DNA of 64,000 nt. Source: Psilocybe cubensis. Lineage: Eukaryota. The stretch lies in contig CM039008.1 in assembly GCA_017499595.2 (NCBI GenBank), positions 1,302,001-1,366,000 on the forward strand, written 5' to 3'. Below the pieces are notes generated by a model. That model was not told the DNA's origin, did no database searches, and saw only the letters and a list, made by a program, of their open reading frames with translations. Below are positions 1 to 12,929 of this stretch, piece after piece. Position 1 is the first letter of the stretch. Each line of letters begins with the position of its first letter. The translations under genes and the position numbers were made by a program.

Positions 1-691
1 TGAATGGCAAACTTGAGCCTGCAGAAGGACCAGCAGACGGTGGAGAGGACGGGGTATGTTTTGACGGGGTCTGTGGGGTTTGTTTCAACGGCGTTGACGG
101 CAATTGTTTTCCTTTCCCTTTTCCCGTAATCTTCTTTGGGTTTGGGGTCCACATAAACTGGTCAGTACCTATGCCTCGAAGCACCATCCATGCCAGGCCT
201 TCCTGGAAGTTTTCGCACCTCTTCCATTGGGCAAAAAAACAGCCAGATATTTGGGACATTACGTCGGGACTAAAGCATAAATTAGAGTTTGGCATCAAGT
301 AAAAAAAGAAATCGAAATCGCACTATGATCTAGCTAGAAAAGGAGAGCCATTGCACCGTAATACAGGATAGTATACACCTGTTATATTGTGCTTTTGACA
401 AAGCTGGTGTATCGCATCGTTCTCCAGGATCCATCGTGCGGTTTCATTTGCGGTAGAGCGGAATCCAATGCCTGATTGAATTATTTCATTCACCATGGCA
501 ATATCGACGGCGTCATTTTCCCTCGTCATTTTGACCACAATTGGCCACAGAGGTGCATCGCTTCCTGCAACAACCATTGGACTGCTCCAGAAGTAAGTGA
601 CCTGCATGTTAGGACAATGAAATACTACTTGCCTACGGTCATGAATACCAGGGTTCTTTCCGCCCAGTACAGCAAATATTCTGTCGCCCAT
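1..691 (-). CDS. Caulimovirus viroplasmin / RNase H1 N-terminal-like domain protein (3' end runs off window)
   Basis: Spliced translation MGDRIFAVLGGKNPGIH... and a second copy-like segment YYPVLRCNGSP...SQISGCFFAQWKRCENFQEGLAWM resemble the YAVxxGRxPGVY...W...F.EA motif; two introns inferred. Confidence 0.45.
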
Positions 692-982
692 TGTGGTTAA
701 GGAAGGGGAGAGGAAAGGGAGAACGAGGAAAGGGAGAACGAACAAAGCAAACGTTGGCGTTCGGCTGTGAATAAATGCACCGTAAAACCCTAAATTTTCT
801 TATCCAAAATGAGTGATATGATTCAGTGATTCCTAATTTCAGGAATGATCTGTTACACACCTGAATTGTTTGGAAATGATGCCTCATAGATCCATTAATT
901 ATCCGCATAGTGAATAGAAATTGATTCCGATGACCAAGCGTAGGTATTTAGCTGATCGGTCAGTCATTATTTACCGACCTGC

Positions 983-1696
983 ATGTCGCAATCTCCATCC
1001 CCTCGAAAGCCTCCACAATGTCGTTCATGCAAGTTGCCAATGAAAGGGCACAAAAAACTCGGCCTCTGTCTATCACCTGCAAAGACCGGAGATCCAAACA
1101 CTATTGTCACTTCTGATCGCGAACTTCTTCCTGCTCTTGCTCCTGTCGGAACCAGTCCACATACCCAATTGCCGGACTCTACCATTGTCCATGACCCTGC
1201 CCATCGTGTTCGTCCGCCTAGATATCCTCAGTCCATAATTTCTGCACCATCCTTCACCATTCCGGAGACCGGTTATTTTCATTGTCGCAATCCCAACTTT
1301 CACCATCCACCTGCCCAGCCGCTTACCAAGTCTTGTCAAAGTTCAGAAAAGCCGGCCACCAACGGTGAAAGCATAGTGCTACTGGGTTCACATTCATCCC
1401 AGAAGGAACGGGCCCAGCCACTGATTCTGCGAAATACCAGTCCAATTATTGGAGATGGGTCGGCATACTTCAGTTTCGGCACTTCAAGTACATCTCCACC
1501 ACCACAGACGCGAGTCGTTAGCCCAAAACCAAAGGGTGATCACGATTTAACACACCATCAGCACACTAGCCCTCAGGTCAAGAGTGCTTCCGATCTTGAA
1601 TTTTCTGTTCATGTCCGTGATATATTTGTTGTGGGTTTTATTGGAGTATTTTTGGTGACACTAATGACGATCCTGGCCATGTATTTGTGCATTTAA
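983..1696 (+). CDS. Hypothetical protein, N-terminal CxxC...H...C cluster, Pro/Ser-rich middle, C-terminal TM helix
   Basis: 237-aa intronless ORF; CRSCKLPMKGHKKLGLC; hydrophobic tail IFVVGFIGVFLVTLMTILAMYLCI. Confidence 0.55.
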   Translation: MSQSPSPRKPPQCRSCKLPMKGHKKLGLCLSPAKTGDPNTIVTSDRELLPALAPVGTSPHTQLPDSTIVHDPAHRVRPPRYPQSIISAPSFTIPETGYFHCRNPNFHHPPAQPLTKSCQSSEKPATNGESIVLLGSHSSQKERAQPLILRNTSPIIGDGSAYFSFGTSSTSPPPQTRVVSPKPKGDHDLTHHQHTSPQVKSASDLEFSVHVRDIFVVGFIGVFLVTLMTILAMYLCI

Positions 1697-2214
1697 TGGA
1701 AATTCAGTAGGAAAAAGGGATTAGAATATCATTAGATACAAACAGCGGCGCCATTTATAACTTCTGTATCGATAATAAGACTAACGTAGTTGCCTACAGT
1801 TAAATGAAAAGTTTACCTTCTCCGGCGGCATCCTGCACAAAAATACGCACCACGCTCTTCAATTGGCTTCAACTTTTGAATTGAAGCGGTAGGAATCAGT
1901 AAAATATAGGTAGGCATGGTTCAAAAACTTACACGTGATTCATTGTGGTTTGCCCATCTTACAATATACAAACAGAGGTGGTCCGTTGAGATTTTGACTT
2001 TTTGTGAGATATAGCATAGCGATTCGAGCAGCTCTGACACTGAGAGGCGTGGGTAGCAAAGGGAATGAAGGCGGAGGGCTGATGCTAAACCGTTGTTGGG
2101 TGTTGGGGTCCCTGGTATGGTTGAAGTAACAGACAGCGATCGGAGGTGCGAAGACTGGCTAACATGTCTTTACTGTCATACCGGATGCGACACTCAAAGG
2201 TGTATCTGCATCAC

Positions 2215-3329
2215 CAGGAGACTCGCGCATGAAGTGTTGATGTTAGCCCTTTGCTCGTCAGTCGTCTTTGCGGTGATACCGCAAGGGAAAACAACGACCT
2301 GGATGCTAGCGAGTGTGAACGACAAATAAACCGAGAATGACGCGATAAACTCACAAAGGTTCTTGAACTCGCACCGTACAATGCTGTTCCATTGGTTCAG
2401 CTTCAGGGGGAGATCACAATAGCTACGAATCCATTTAGAGTAGTCTATAATGTGTCAGATGGATGCAATCGCAAAAAATTTGTACTGCGTACATGGATAC
2501 ATAGCAGTTTCTGAAGTGGGAAGATGGCAATGGGCTCTTCAAGATCGGAGCTACCACTGCTCAAATTGAGCATCCATCCACTTCAAGATGTAGCATCCAC
2601 TGACGCTGTAGTAGTCCAACATGTCGGCCTTGAGCAGAACATTTGTGTACCATGTAGGGAAGTCGACCTCTTTCTTTACGCCGATGGCGATTTGAACGGC
2701 ACCAGGGATCTGAGCCGACGCGGCCTGAGCTGGGGGGGTAGCAGCAGCGTTCTGGAAATCAATCTCTTGGACCTTCTTGTCATCGGTCTCGAGACTCTTG
2801 AGATATGACACGATGTCTTTTCCGGAAAGGAAAAGAGTTTGACTGGAAGAGTTGGCGTGGATAGCAATGTGGAAGAAGAAGTCGTGATCGATGTGTCTAG
2901 AATGGTGACAACCTTTGAGAAAGTAGACTTGGTGATAGAGAGAGGAGACACTGGTAGTCTGTTAGCATTGTTCGCGTTGAATTTCAACAAGACGTACGTA
3001 CGTGAATTTTTGTCCAATGAAAAAAATTCCGTGAGCAGATCCTCCGAGGCCAGATGCAGTTCCTTCAAGCTGAGCTTCTTGCCAATGGCACTGAATTAGT
3101 TTCGGTCTCTTTACGGGCAATGACGACGACTGGAACAGGGGTGGCGCTCTTCGCGGTCTTTGGCTTATACACGAGTTTTGATGAGTTCGAAGGATGCTGG
3201 TGCTGATCCCGAGGCGATCACAGCCTCTTTCCAGGTTGCCGGGGAGCTGGACTCAGCATGGCTAACAGTAGACGCTGGCTTGATAGAGAGAGCAGCAAGC
3301 TTTTGGACAATGTCGGAGGCAGCGGCCAT
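2215..3329 (-). pseudogene. Prolyl-tRNA synthetase (cytosolic, N-terminal YbaK-like domain) pseudogene with frameshifts and internal deletions
   Basis: MAAASDIVQKL...; [119 protein letters not shown]. At least 3 frameshifts and two large missing segments; introns retained. Confidence 0.88.
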
Positions 3330-4202
3330 GGTAGTTGTTGAGTATGAACGGAAAGACGGAGGGGCTCTATAAATTTGTTTTGTCGAGTGTGACTTGACAC
3401 GTCCCGGTCTTCTGACTCCGATACTATCAGATTGCCCCTCAATGCCACCCGAGGAATGCGCATCAGCTGGAGTCCATGTCTTCCAGCGAACATTGATGCC
3501 TTCACGACAACGTGGTCACAAACAAAGAGGTCGGTTAGACGACGACAGTGGCAGCAGCGGCATGGCGGACATTGGAAGGGAATGTGTTGACTGTACGTGG
3601 ATGGTGTCAGGTTGAGAAAGGCGACTAGCAGCTAGCAGCACGTGTTGTCAGCAGTCAGGGTTGCTGAACGCTATGGCATTGCTAGTCCAGGTATATACAC
3701 AAGTCTCCTACAGTTGAGGTCTGGTATTGAGGCCTTGAGGACTGGTTACAAAATATGGCAACATTATCTGTATGGAAGGGAGCTAGGGAGCTGACAGGCA
3801 TGCAGATATCTAGAATTGTGTTCAGTTGTTAATTCTTGACATGACAGCAAGCGTACCTTGATCAACAAATTGGCGCCCGTTCACTATGCAGACACTTATC
3901 TGAACCTGCAACTGGATGCAACCAGGCGCAGTTCAGAAGAAGGTAAAATACATGGCTCTGTTGTAGCATGTCAATGTAAATTGTTCACACTCGACTCGGC
4001 GTGGGGTTGCTCACCGTACAGATGATTCACGTTTGCATTTGTACCATGGCAAGTTTACTGAAGCTGGTCGTACTGTGCCGCTGTTAGATGCTACATGACT
4101 GGCTGCATTCTGAGAGATGCACTAGAAACGTGAGAGCTTAGTATTGTTATTTTGTATAGAATAATTGTAGCGCACTTTTGAACCAGAACTGTGTATGGCT
4201 TC

Positions 4203-4959
4203 CTATATCCATCCTAGAGTTTTCTCTCCAATAATAGGTCCTAGATATCCTGCGATAGCTCCCAACGCAAAGTTGACAACGGTTGATGCCAGTACAACAG
4301 TTGATGCCAGCCTTTTCTGGACGGTGCATGAAAGCACATCTGTCATCACCCGAGCTCTCGAACCCCACCAACATTGATCATGAATTAGGTATTGGACAGA
4401 TGAGTAGGTAAGAAGTATAATTGAACAAGCCAGTACACGAAGAAAGGGATGATGGAAAGGAGGTTGCAGAGTGCTGTGGTCTGCTGTTGGCATGTGATCC
4501 GTGCCTCCGTTGTTTCAACTTCATACATTTTGCTCGCTCATCTCACTTTTTGGCCCCCCTCAGACTCCCAACTTTACCATATTTCTTTCCTGTTGCATTC
4601 CATCTCATTCTTTATCCAACTCCCACCTCAATTCTTGCGGTCTCACCCTGTCTCACTTCTCTCTTCGTCGCTATATCCTTCCACATGGATAGAATTATCT
4701 GCAAAATGCTGCTATTCAATGGACCTGTGGAGGTGCAGGTGACTTACTTGTCCATATCATACCCATTCCGGTTTTTTCTTCGGAGCCCCTTCTCTGACAT
4801 CCATCTAGTAGAGTCTTCAAAGCTATTTTCAACGCCCAGATCCATCTTGTACAACAAACCGTTCGCGAGCAATACATACAAGACTGTTCCATTACTGTCG
4901 TAAGTTATAGCCTTTACTGGATGACACACATTGGATTGACAAGCCACCAGTACTCCCAC
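4203..4959 (-). CDS. Hypothetical membrane protein (exon structure uncertain, possibly decayed)
   Basis: ORF pieces 4744-4959 and 4203-4493 with hydrophobic stretches (TVVLASTVVNFALGAIAGYLGPII). Confidence 0.3.
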
Positions 4960-5523
4960 AAATACTCCCTACTACTGTTGAAGGCAAAGGTGGAGGATAG
5001 TATCAGGCTGCCGGAAAAAGTGACATCAAAACGAACAGAACTTACCTCAAGTTGGCTTGTTCAATGCACGCACATACCGGGGCGAGTCCGATTAAGAGTC
5101 GCCATGGATTTCATGTGTCCTGCCTGCGGCCACGGTGGAGTAAGCGCTGGAGGCGGTGGATGACACGACATGAACACACAGTCATTTTTTTCGTGTCGTG
5201 GTTGACGAGGACGGTGGCGGGAGGATGAGTAGGCGATGAGAGGCGAGGGCGAGCGGTGGTGAGCGGCGAGAGGGCCGACAAGGAGTCGGCATTTCCCAAC
5301 GACGCGGCGGCGGCGGCGGAGATACCGTGCGTGGCGTCGTCGACACTGGGAGTAGCGGTGGCGGGGGTGAAATGCACTGCACGTTGTTGGGTGTGCAGAG
5401 CGGTGGATACTGCTTGCCACCGCCGCTATCTCAGCCACAACAAGCGCCCGTCCAGGCAGCTTGTTTTTGTCTCGCGCCGCCCCGCCGCCTCAGCCACAAC
5501 GAGCAGCCACCGCATCTCAACGA

Positions 5524-6420
5524 CTTGAATCTGCACAAAATTGAAGAAACCGTACGACGCACCCCGATGGCCTGAACATGAGAGAGGTTGTTGCGGCCAT
5601 ACACAGGTGAGTAAGATGTTCTAGTCAATAACCTAGCACTTACCTGCTTTCCATGTTTGATAGCCTTGAATGTGCACAAAATTGAAGAGGCCGTACGACG
5701 CACCCCGATGGCCTGAACATGAGACAGATTGTCGCAGCTATACACAGGTAAGTAAGATGTTCTAGTCAATAACCTATCACTTACCTGCTTTCCATGTTTG
5801 ATAGCCTTGAATGTGCACAAAATTGAAGAGGCCGTATGACGCACCCCGATGGCCTGAACATGAGACAGATTGTCGCAGCCATACACAGGTAAGTAAGATG
5901 TTCTAGTCAATAACCTATCACTTACCTGCTTTCCATGTTTGATAGCCTTGAATGTGCACAAAATTGAAGAGGCCGTATGACGCACCCCGATGGCCTGAAC
6001 ATGAGAGAGGTTGTTGCGGCCATACACAGGTGAGTAAGATGTTCTAGTCAATAACCTAGCACTTACCTGCTTTCCATGTTTGATAGCCTTGAATGTGCAC
6101 AAAATTGAAGAGGCCGTACGACGCACCCTGATGGCCTGAACATGAGACAGATTGTCGCAGCCATACACAGGTAAGTAAGATGTTCTAGTCAATAACCTAT
6201 CACTTACCTGCTTTCCATGTTTGATAGACTTGAATGTGCACAAAATTGAAGAGGCCGTACAACGCACCCCGATGGCCTGAACATGAGACAGATTGTCGCA
6301 GCCATACACAGGTAAGTAAGATGTTCTAGTCAATAACCTGGCACTTACCTGCTTTCCATGTTTGATAGACTATGTACCCCATCCCAACCACTTGAATGCA
6401 CACAAAATTGAAGGGGCCGT
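5524..6420. repeat. Tandem array of 6 x 141-bp units plus a degenerate partial 7th; higher-order ABB-ABB pattern
   Basis: CTTGAATGTGCACAAAATTGAAG recurs every 141 bp (5524, 5665, 5806, 5947, 6088, 6229); units 1 and 4 share GAGAGGTTGTTGCGG/GTGAGT/CCTAGC variants. Confidence 0.97.
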
Positions 6421-6994
6421 GTGATGTAGGTATGCTGTTGCTTCAGGTCAAAGTCCTTGCCGTTGTAACCGCCTTTGAACAATGCATTTAGACAAGACCA
6501 ATGGAATGTCGACAAAGTCAGAGGGATCCCACATGGGTAAGTAGAATATTCTTACGCTAATCATGAACTGTTTCCAGATTTGCAAGTCCATGCCTGGTGC
6601 AATCCAAAACTTGAAGATCTGGTTTTACCATGTGAGCTGTATTAAGCTTCGATATATACATATCTCCTTACTCACTGTACTCTGTAATCCAAGCCCCTTG
6701 TGCCATCACCCACTTCTAAACCAAGACTGCTAAATTTCTAAGCAAGTTGGCCACTGAAGTTGACGAGAAATGTAAGTGATGTCCTAGTTTTTGTGGCAAA
6801 TGTGTTGAATGTCGCATGTAGCAAGATCACGATGTCGGATGCTCAAAATGTTGTCACGATTTAGTCTTTTTTTTTTACCACCATCTGCTACCGCCACGTC
6901 AATCTCAATTATTACGCACAACACCCTATAACATTCATTTCCTTCACTAGCCTGCTCCTCAGAGTATTTTTATACAATAAAAATACTTTTTGAC

Positions 6995-8143
6995 ATGGCC
7001 GTCATACAGCATGGTGGGTTGTATTTTTACTACAAGTTTATGTAACATATTCCATGCTTAATTGCTATTCTTCCTCAGCGGGAATGTTTGCCATAAGCCT
7101 AATCCATGCTCTTTTTATTCTGGCTACTGTGGGAAGGATTATCGATAGACGTCTTCACGTATGGGTCTGGTGGGACGACTTGTTGGCTATCATTGTTGTG
7201 TCGTTGGGCATGCCGCTAATTGTACGATCAACAATGTTTGGTACGTAAACTATATTCATTTCGTTTGCCCCGTATCATGATGGCTGATTCTCATTTCATG
7301 AAAAGCCATAAATGCAAATGCCGCTGTTCCCTCCCAGTATCGCTTAGAGTGGAGTTTAACCTTTGTAATTATTTGGTACACTTATATTTTTTACCTCTTT
7401 ATCGTGAATGCTAACACGGAAGCTACAGGTGCTCGCAGGCTAGTCTTGTTATGTCCGCCACCAGAGTTCAAAGGGATGATCGTTATCGTGTTATCGGTGC
7501 ATGGATTATGGTTGGCATTCTCATGCTCTTTGGAATACTTTTTGGGGTATTTGTGGGCATATCCTGCCAGGTTAAAACAAGTGATCCTATCAGTGATACA
7601 GTATGCCTTTGTAGGCCCAACCGCTTTGTATTGATAGGTGCTTTGCTTGGTGAGTTGCATCAACGTCACATTTGGAGGCCCTCTTTTCTCATATGACCCA
7701 AAATTACAGCTGAATTTCTGGTCAATATTCTTTCATGGCACAGAAACTGGACAATCATGGTAGAAGAAACTGGGAGCTATTTTGCTAGCTTGTCCCTTCG
7801 CTTGCGCTTTGCTTTGCTAGGACTTAACGGCAATATGATCATTCTTTTGTATGATCTCATATGGCTCTGTATCTATTTGACCGGTGTGGCCTCTCAAGAT
7901 CCTATACTAGCTGCATATTTTACCAGTGGAGTGGTAAGCCTTTCAAATTTCTTCCCCCTTTGTTTGCTTAACAATTTTTCTGACTGCTTTTCATATCTTC
8001 AGGCTATAGCATCTATCTTGGCCCTCAATGTGTCATCAGTAATTGGCGTTGTCAGTCGCATTGCTCGCGGGACAGCTATTACCAGGGATCCACCTGCGGG
8101 GGCACGGTGGGGACGCCTTGCCTCAGTACTAAGTGATATGTAA
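6995..8143 (+). CDS. Multi-pass membrane protein, PTH11/fungal rhodopsin-domain-like (remote)
   Basis: Spliced TM-rich exons; RLHVWVWWDDLLAII resembles the RxxxWDD motif after TM1 of PTH11-type proteins. Confidence 0.4.
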
Positions 8144-8518
8144 AATCCTAATTCACATTCAGTACTCCTGAACTATTTTCGTATCTAGTCAGTCTATCTT
8201 ACTATTTTTATACCCATCTTCTTTCTTTCTTTTAAATATATATATATGTGCTGGCTACTACCACCAATACTAAAAGTTATGATTTGCCCTTTTCGATGCC
8301 AGATGGTTGTGTGACATTGTGAGGTGTGACATTTTTTGTCTTAGGTAACCTATCAGGTGACCTCTCACTTACCTCTCCGTGACCATCAACTGGCCTCACA
8401 GATTGGTCATTTCAACAACCACTCAATTGAATGTCCGCCGTGGGATAAACAAAGGTCAGGTGATCTTTAGTTCTCGCGTCTATATCCACACCGAAGGAGC
8501 AATGCCTATTCGAACAAG

Positions 8519-11500
8519 ATGGATTCATACACTCCACGGACCCTGGGTCACCCAGGAGGCCGTAAAAAGACCATCGGGCTTTCGAAGAAGGAGTATACGA
8601 AGGTGTTTATAAATCTCACAACACATTTAACGATTGAATTTCTGATCTTCCACATGCCTGCAGATTACAGGTACAATTGCTTCGGTGCGCCGAAATCGAC
8701 ACGATGATGCCGGTGCACTAAGTGACCACGATGACTACAATGATTTGGATAGTAATCAGGGTGCAGGCGGAAACTTGGAGAGAGCCACTGGATCGGCAGC
8801 GAAGAGTAGTACCCGTAGATCGCATACGCATGGTTATGCGAAGCGTGCGTTCACTGTATATTTCGTGGATTGAGACTTATTTTGCTCCCTAAAACACCAG
8901 AGACGCGTCCATCCCTCCAACCCGACTCCTCCTTCATCGCTGAAACTTCCTTTGTTCGCGCTCCGCTCAATTCACGCGTTGTGTCATCGTCATCAGCCGT
9001 GTTTCCTAACCATACTGAAGACAGTTCTGCAAACGGAGGTACATATGGTAGTGCTCGCACTGGAAGTGCGAAGGGGAAGGGCAAACAACATAACGGAAAA
9101 ATGGTGTCAAGGGAACCGCTTGACAGATTTCCACTAGATATACAAGAGGCAATGATTTTGGAGGACTTACTTTTTGTGTTAATGGTGAGTTCACACTGTT
9201 TGATTATCGCGTTTAGTCCGTTTACACTCACGATAGGGTATTGAAGGGACTTACATAACTTATCACTCTGAATACTCCCCGGAGGACGACGATCCATTGC
9301 TAGGGATTCGGTTTGTTGTTGCCCCGACTCTCGGTGAGTCTTTCTAGTCATGCATTGGCGTATACACTAACCTCTACAGATTCGTCTTTGGGAGATCTGG
9401 TGGAACGAATTATCCCATTGGGGATGTACTATACCGCCATTCATGCGTTCATTGAGCAAAGGAGTCATTTGGACTTCGGACTTGTGAACCACGCACTCTG
9501 CGCGGCCATAAGGGAGATGTTGCGAGTAAGTTTCAAAACATCGTCAATTTTGGCAATTATTCACAACGAGACAGGATTATCAAACACTGCTATCCCAACT
9601 CGAACATGCATTCAATACTTCGCCATCATTTTCATTGCAGAAACTCTGGTTTTACGTGCACCCAACCGTGCACACTCTTTCTTTGATATACCAGTTGATC
9701 CTGGAACTGGCCACTGCAGACGGTAGCGAGGACAACACATCAGAGTCCTCATCGACTTCAGAAGACGAAGAAGAAGCGGCACGCAACGAAGCCCTTGGAC
9801 TTGGCGGAGCGAAGCTGAAAGCAGTACTCTCTGAGATAAACCAAGGAGGCGCTGATGTGTCGAGCAGCGGGATTGCTGTGAAGGGCGGTGAGGTACTCGC
9901 AATCATCTACGAGAGAATGCAAAACATGAGTGGGGACCCAACCGCATGCGAAATATATGGCAAGCTGCTGCGCGAGGCGGAGAAGCCGTATGTAGAGATG
10001 ATCCGCGACTGGGTCAGTTGTGGGCGTCTGGTGGACAAGTATGAGGAGATGATGGTCAAGGAGAGCAAATTCATCGACCGTGGAATTTTGGACGTTGATT
10101 ACACCGATGAATATTGGGAGAGACGCTACACACTGCGGGATGGGTCGATCTCACCGGGGTCAAGCAAAAGACACCAGGCTGGCATACCCATGCCGCGGAG
10201 TGTGGGGGGAAGGATGCCTGGCGGTGCTTGTGTACCGCCCTTATTGGAGAGTTGGAAACATAAGGTCCTGCTGGCTGGGAAGTACTTGAATGTAATCAGG
10301 GAGTGTGGGATCGAGCTGCAGATCGACAAACGATATTCCAACCACGTGTCGATGGACGATGAAAAGTACGTTGTCTCCGTGTCAAGAGTCGTTTGTTCCT
10401 CATCCTTGATGATCCAGGTTCTACACATTCATACAGGAAGCATATTCCAATGCAAACCGTACTCTGCTCCAGCTACTCATCAAAGACCAGCAGCTCATCC
10501 CCCGATTACGTTCATTCAAGCGTTTCTTCTTTCTGTCCCAGTCGTCTTTCCTTACTCACTTCCTCGACCTCGCCGCCACCGAACTGCGAAAACCGTCTAA
10601 AGCTGTGTCTACTGTCAAGCTGCAAAGTCTTTTGGAGCTTTCGTTAAACACCGACGATGCTCTGTTGGGAGATGATGCCCTATTCAGGGATGATCTAAGG
10701 GTCGTTATGGCGGACAGTGGGCTATACGACTTTTTGCTCAAGGTTGTTACAGTTACAGGTGTCATTAAAACTGAGGATGCAGAAGAGAAGGAACCTGTCA
10801 AAGAGAAAGAGGACAAAAAAGCTATGCAAGGTTTGTTACATCCTTTCCTTCAAAGAGATGAATTCTTACATTTACACATACTCTAGTCATTGAAGCACTG
10901 GCGTTCGACTACTCTGTTAAGTTCCCACTTTCCCTTGTAATATCACGCAAGACGATTCTGCGCTACCAGCTTCTCTTTCGTTTTCTTCTCCACCTTAAAC
11001 ATGTTGAACAAGCACTTTCCGCTATGTGGATCGAACAGAAGTCGTATCCATGGCGCACTTCTCTGGCTCGCTTCTCTTTCATGTCGAACGTGTCCTCTCC
11101 TTCACAAACATCGTTGGGTGTTGGCACTTCTTCACGAACATATTCGAATCCATCTAGCTCGAGTCCATCTAACAATAACGCACACGGAAACCCCCGGTCC
11201 GCCACACCGAGCGGCACTCCTACAACATTTTCCGGCCCGACCTCTGCCACGACACCAGCTCCGACTGTTCAGCAGTCTTTCCCTTCAGAATTTCATGAGT
11301 GGCGGCTACGGGTGTGCATCCTCCGTGCGCGCATGTTGGCCGTGATCCAACAAATTTTGGCATTTATTACCTTCGAAGTGCTGGACCCTAACTGGAGGGC
11401 GTTGGAGAGAAAACTTGAACATGTTGAGACAGTTGATCAGTTATTGCGGGATCATGTCGACTTTTTGGATACGTGTTTGAAGGAGAGTATGTTGACAAGT

Positions 11501-11928
11501 TCTAAATTATTGAAGGTGAGCTATTCTTTTGGAATGAGAATTCTGACTTATTTCTCATGTCTTTTTTCTCGTCACAGGCATGCAATAAACTTATTGTAGT
11601 GTGTCAGACGTTCGCATTGTACTCGGCATCCTTCACCAAGTCTGTAAATCAGGCCCTCGCTGCTGCGATGGCTTACGCGGAATCGGGAATTAACAGTGAG
11701 GACGTATTTGTGGATCCCACCAGAGCAAAAAGATGGGAAGTGTTGACTAAATTTGAGATGAACTTTAACCATTGGTGTGCAAAATTCTGATCAATGGTTG
11801 TCCGGGTCTCATTTATTTCTTGAAACAGGTTCCAGGTCCATCTAGACTGTGTGCAGTTCTACGCATCAAGTGATAATGTCTCGTTACTTCCGTTGGTTGT
11901 CCGACTCAACAGCGTCAAATCGGCTTGA
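8519..11928 (+). CDS. SPC97: Gamma-tubulin complex component 2 (Spc97/Alp4/GCP2); start codon uncertain
   Basis: QEAMILEDLLFVLMGIEG, DFGLVNHALCAAIR, LQKLWFYVHPT, DYTDEYWERRYTL, KVLLAGKYLNVIRECG, DYSVKFPLSLVISRKTILRYQLLFR, DHVDFLDTCLKESMLT. Confidence 0.93.
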
Positions 11929-12929
11929 AAATGGGATTAGTCGACCGTTCAATATTCAAAGGTTTAGGATATTTCTGACTTTCTTTTTTGCTTGCGTGGT
12001 ATTTCCTTCTTTCTCTTCTGATTGCTCTCATATTATCATCAAGTCTATGACTATATCTTATGAAACTTGTTTACGAGTGAATAATGAATTCCTTCTATTT
12101 TTTAGAAACGTTCGCCAGAGGCGTTGCAGGCTTCGCATGATATTCGTACTGACTTGTGTGCTGCAAGGTGCTGCATGGGTAATATTAATGAACCCCTGAC
12201 ACAACCTCCTCGCCGCAGCTTCCCGTTCATCGGGCGCTTGGCACGTAATTTGCACATCCATGAAGCTCCGGGGACAGTGGACAGAGCCGGTGTCCAGTCG
12301 CCGCCATACAGCATATTGTAGTCACCATGTGCACGGTATGTGTAGAGATTACAACGAATGTTGAACAATACTGAGGCATACATTGAATCCAGAAATTTAG
12401 AGTGCAGAGAACTAGTTTATAGGACTATTGGCATCCCTTAGTATGTGTATCTAAGACCGCTGGAATTTCGCAAAATAGAACTGCTACATACTGATACCAT
12501 ACCTGGTCTATAAATACATGTATATGACATCGCGGTGGTACTTGGAATTTTGAAATGAAATTCAAATTGCAAAATTGGGCTTCTCTGATTTCGGGGTTCA
12601 CGCTGGTTCAGGTTGCACAGGTTGCAGGCTTTAGCCAATCCTGGGGAAAGTTACCTACTGCTATTTCGTGGTCATCGCAATCTCCACGTCGTCGACTCAG
12701 CTTGGCAGGTTTCAAGCAAAAACGGTAGCCCACTCTTTCAATCAAGTAAAATATCCTGTCAATATCTCTGTCTAACAGACCAGGATGCGCGGGAATGAAC
12801 CTAGCGGGGCATAATACGCATTACGAAGGAAGCAAGTGAAAAAAGGTATATAAACTGCTATTAAATCGACAAGTATCGCTCAACGCGCAGCCTCACCACT
12901 GTCATTCTACGCCACACCAAAATCTTACA

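Noticed and set aside
5431-6333. 300-aa ORF as a bona fide protein or KEX2-processed RiPP precursor
   Set aside because: It is open mainly because the 141-bp unit is a multiple of 3; non-ATG start, no signal peptide, dibasic sites not consistently kept. Retained only as a hypothesis under the repeat finding
5524-6420. CRISPR-like array
   Set aside because: Units are near-identical over their whole length with no unique spacers; eukaryotic context; no cas genes
12058-12638. Small Cys-containing minus-strand ORFs
   Set aside because: No consistent spliced model or recognisable motif could be built
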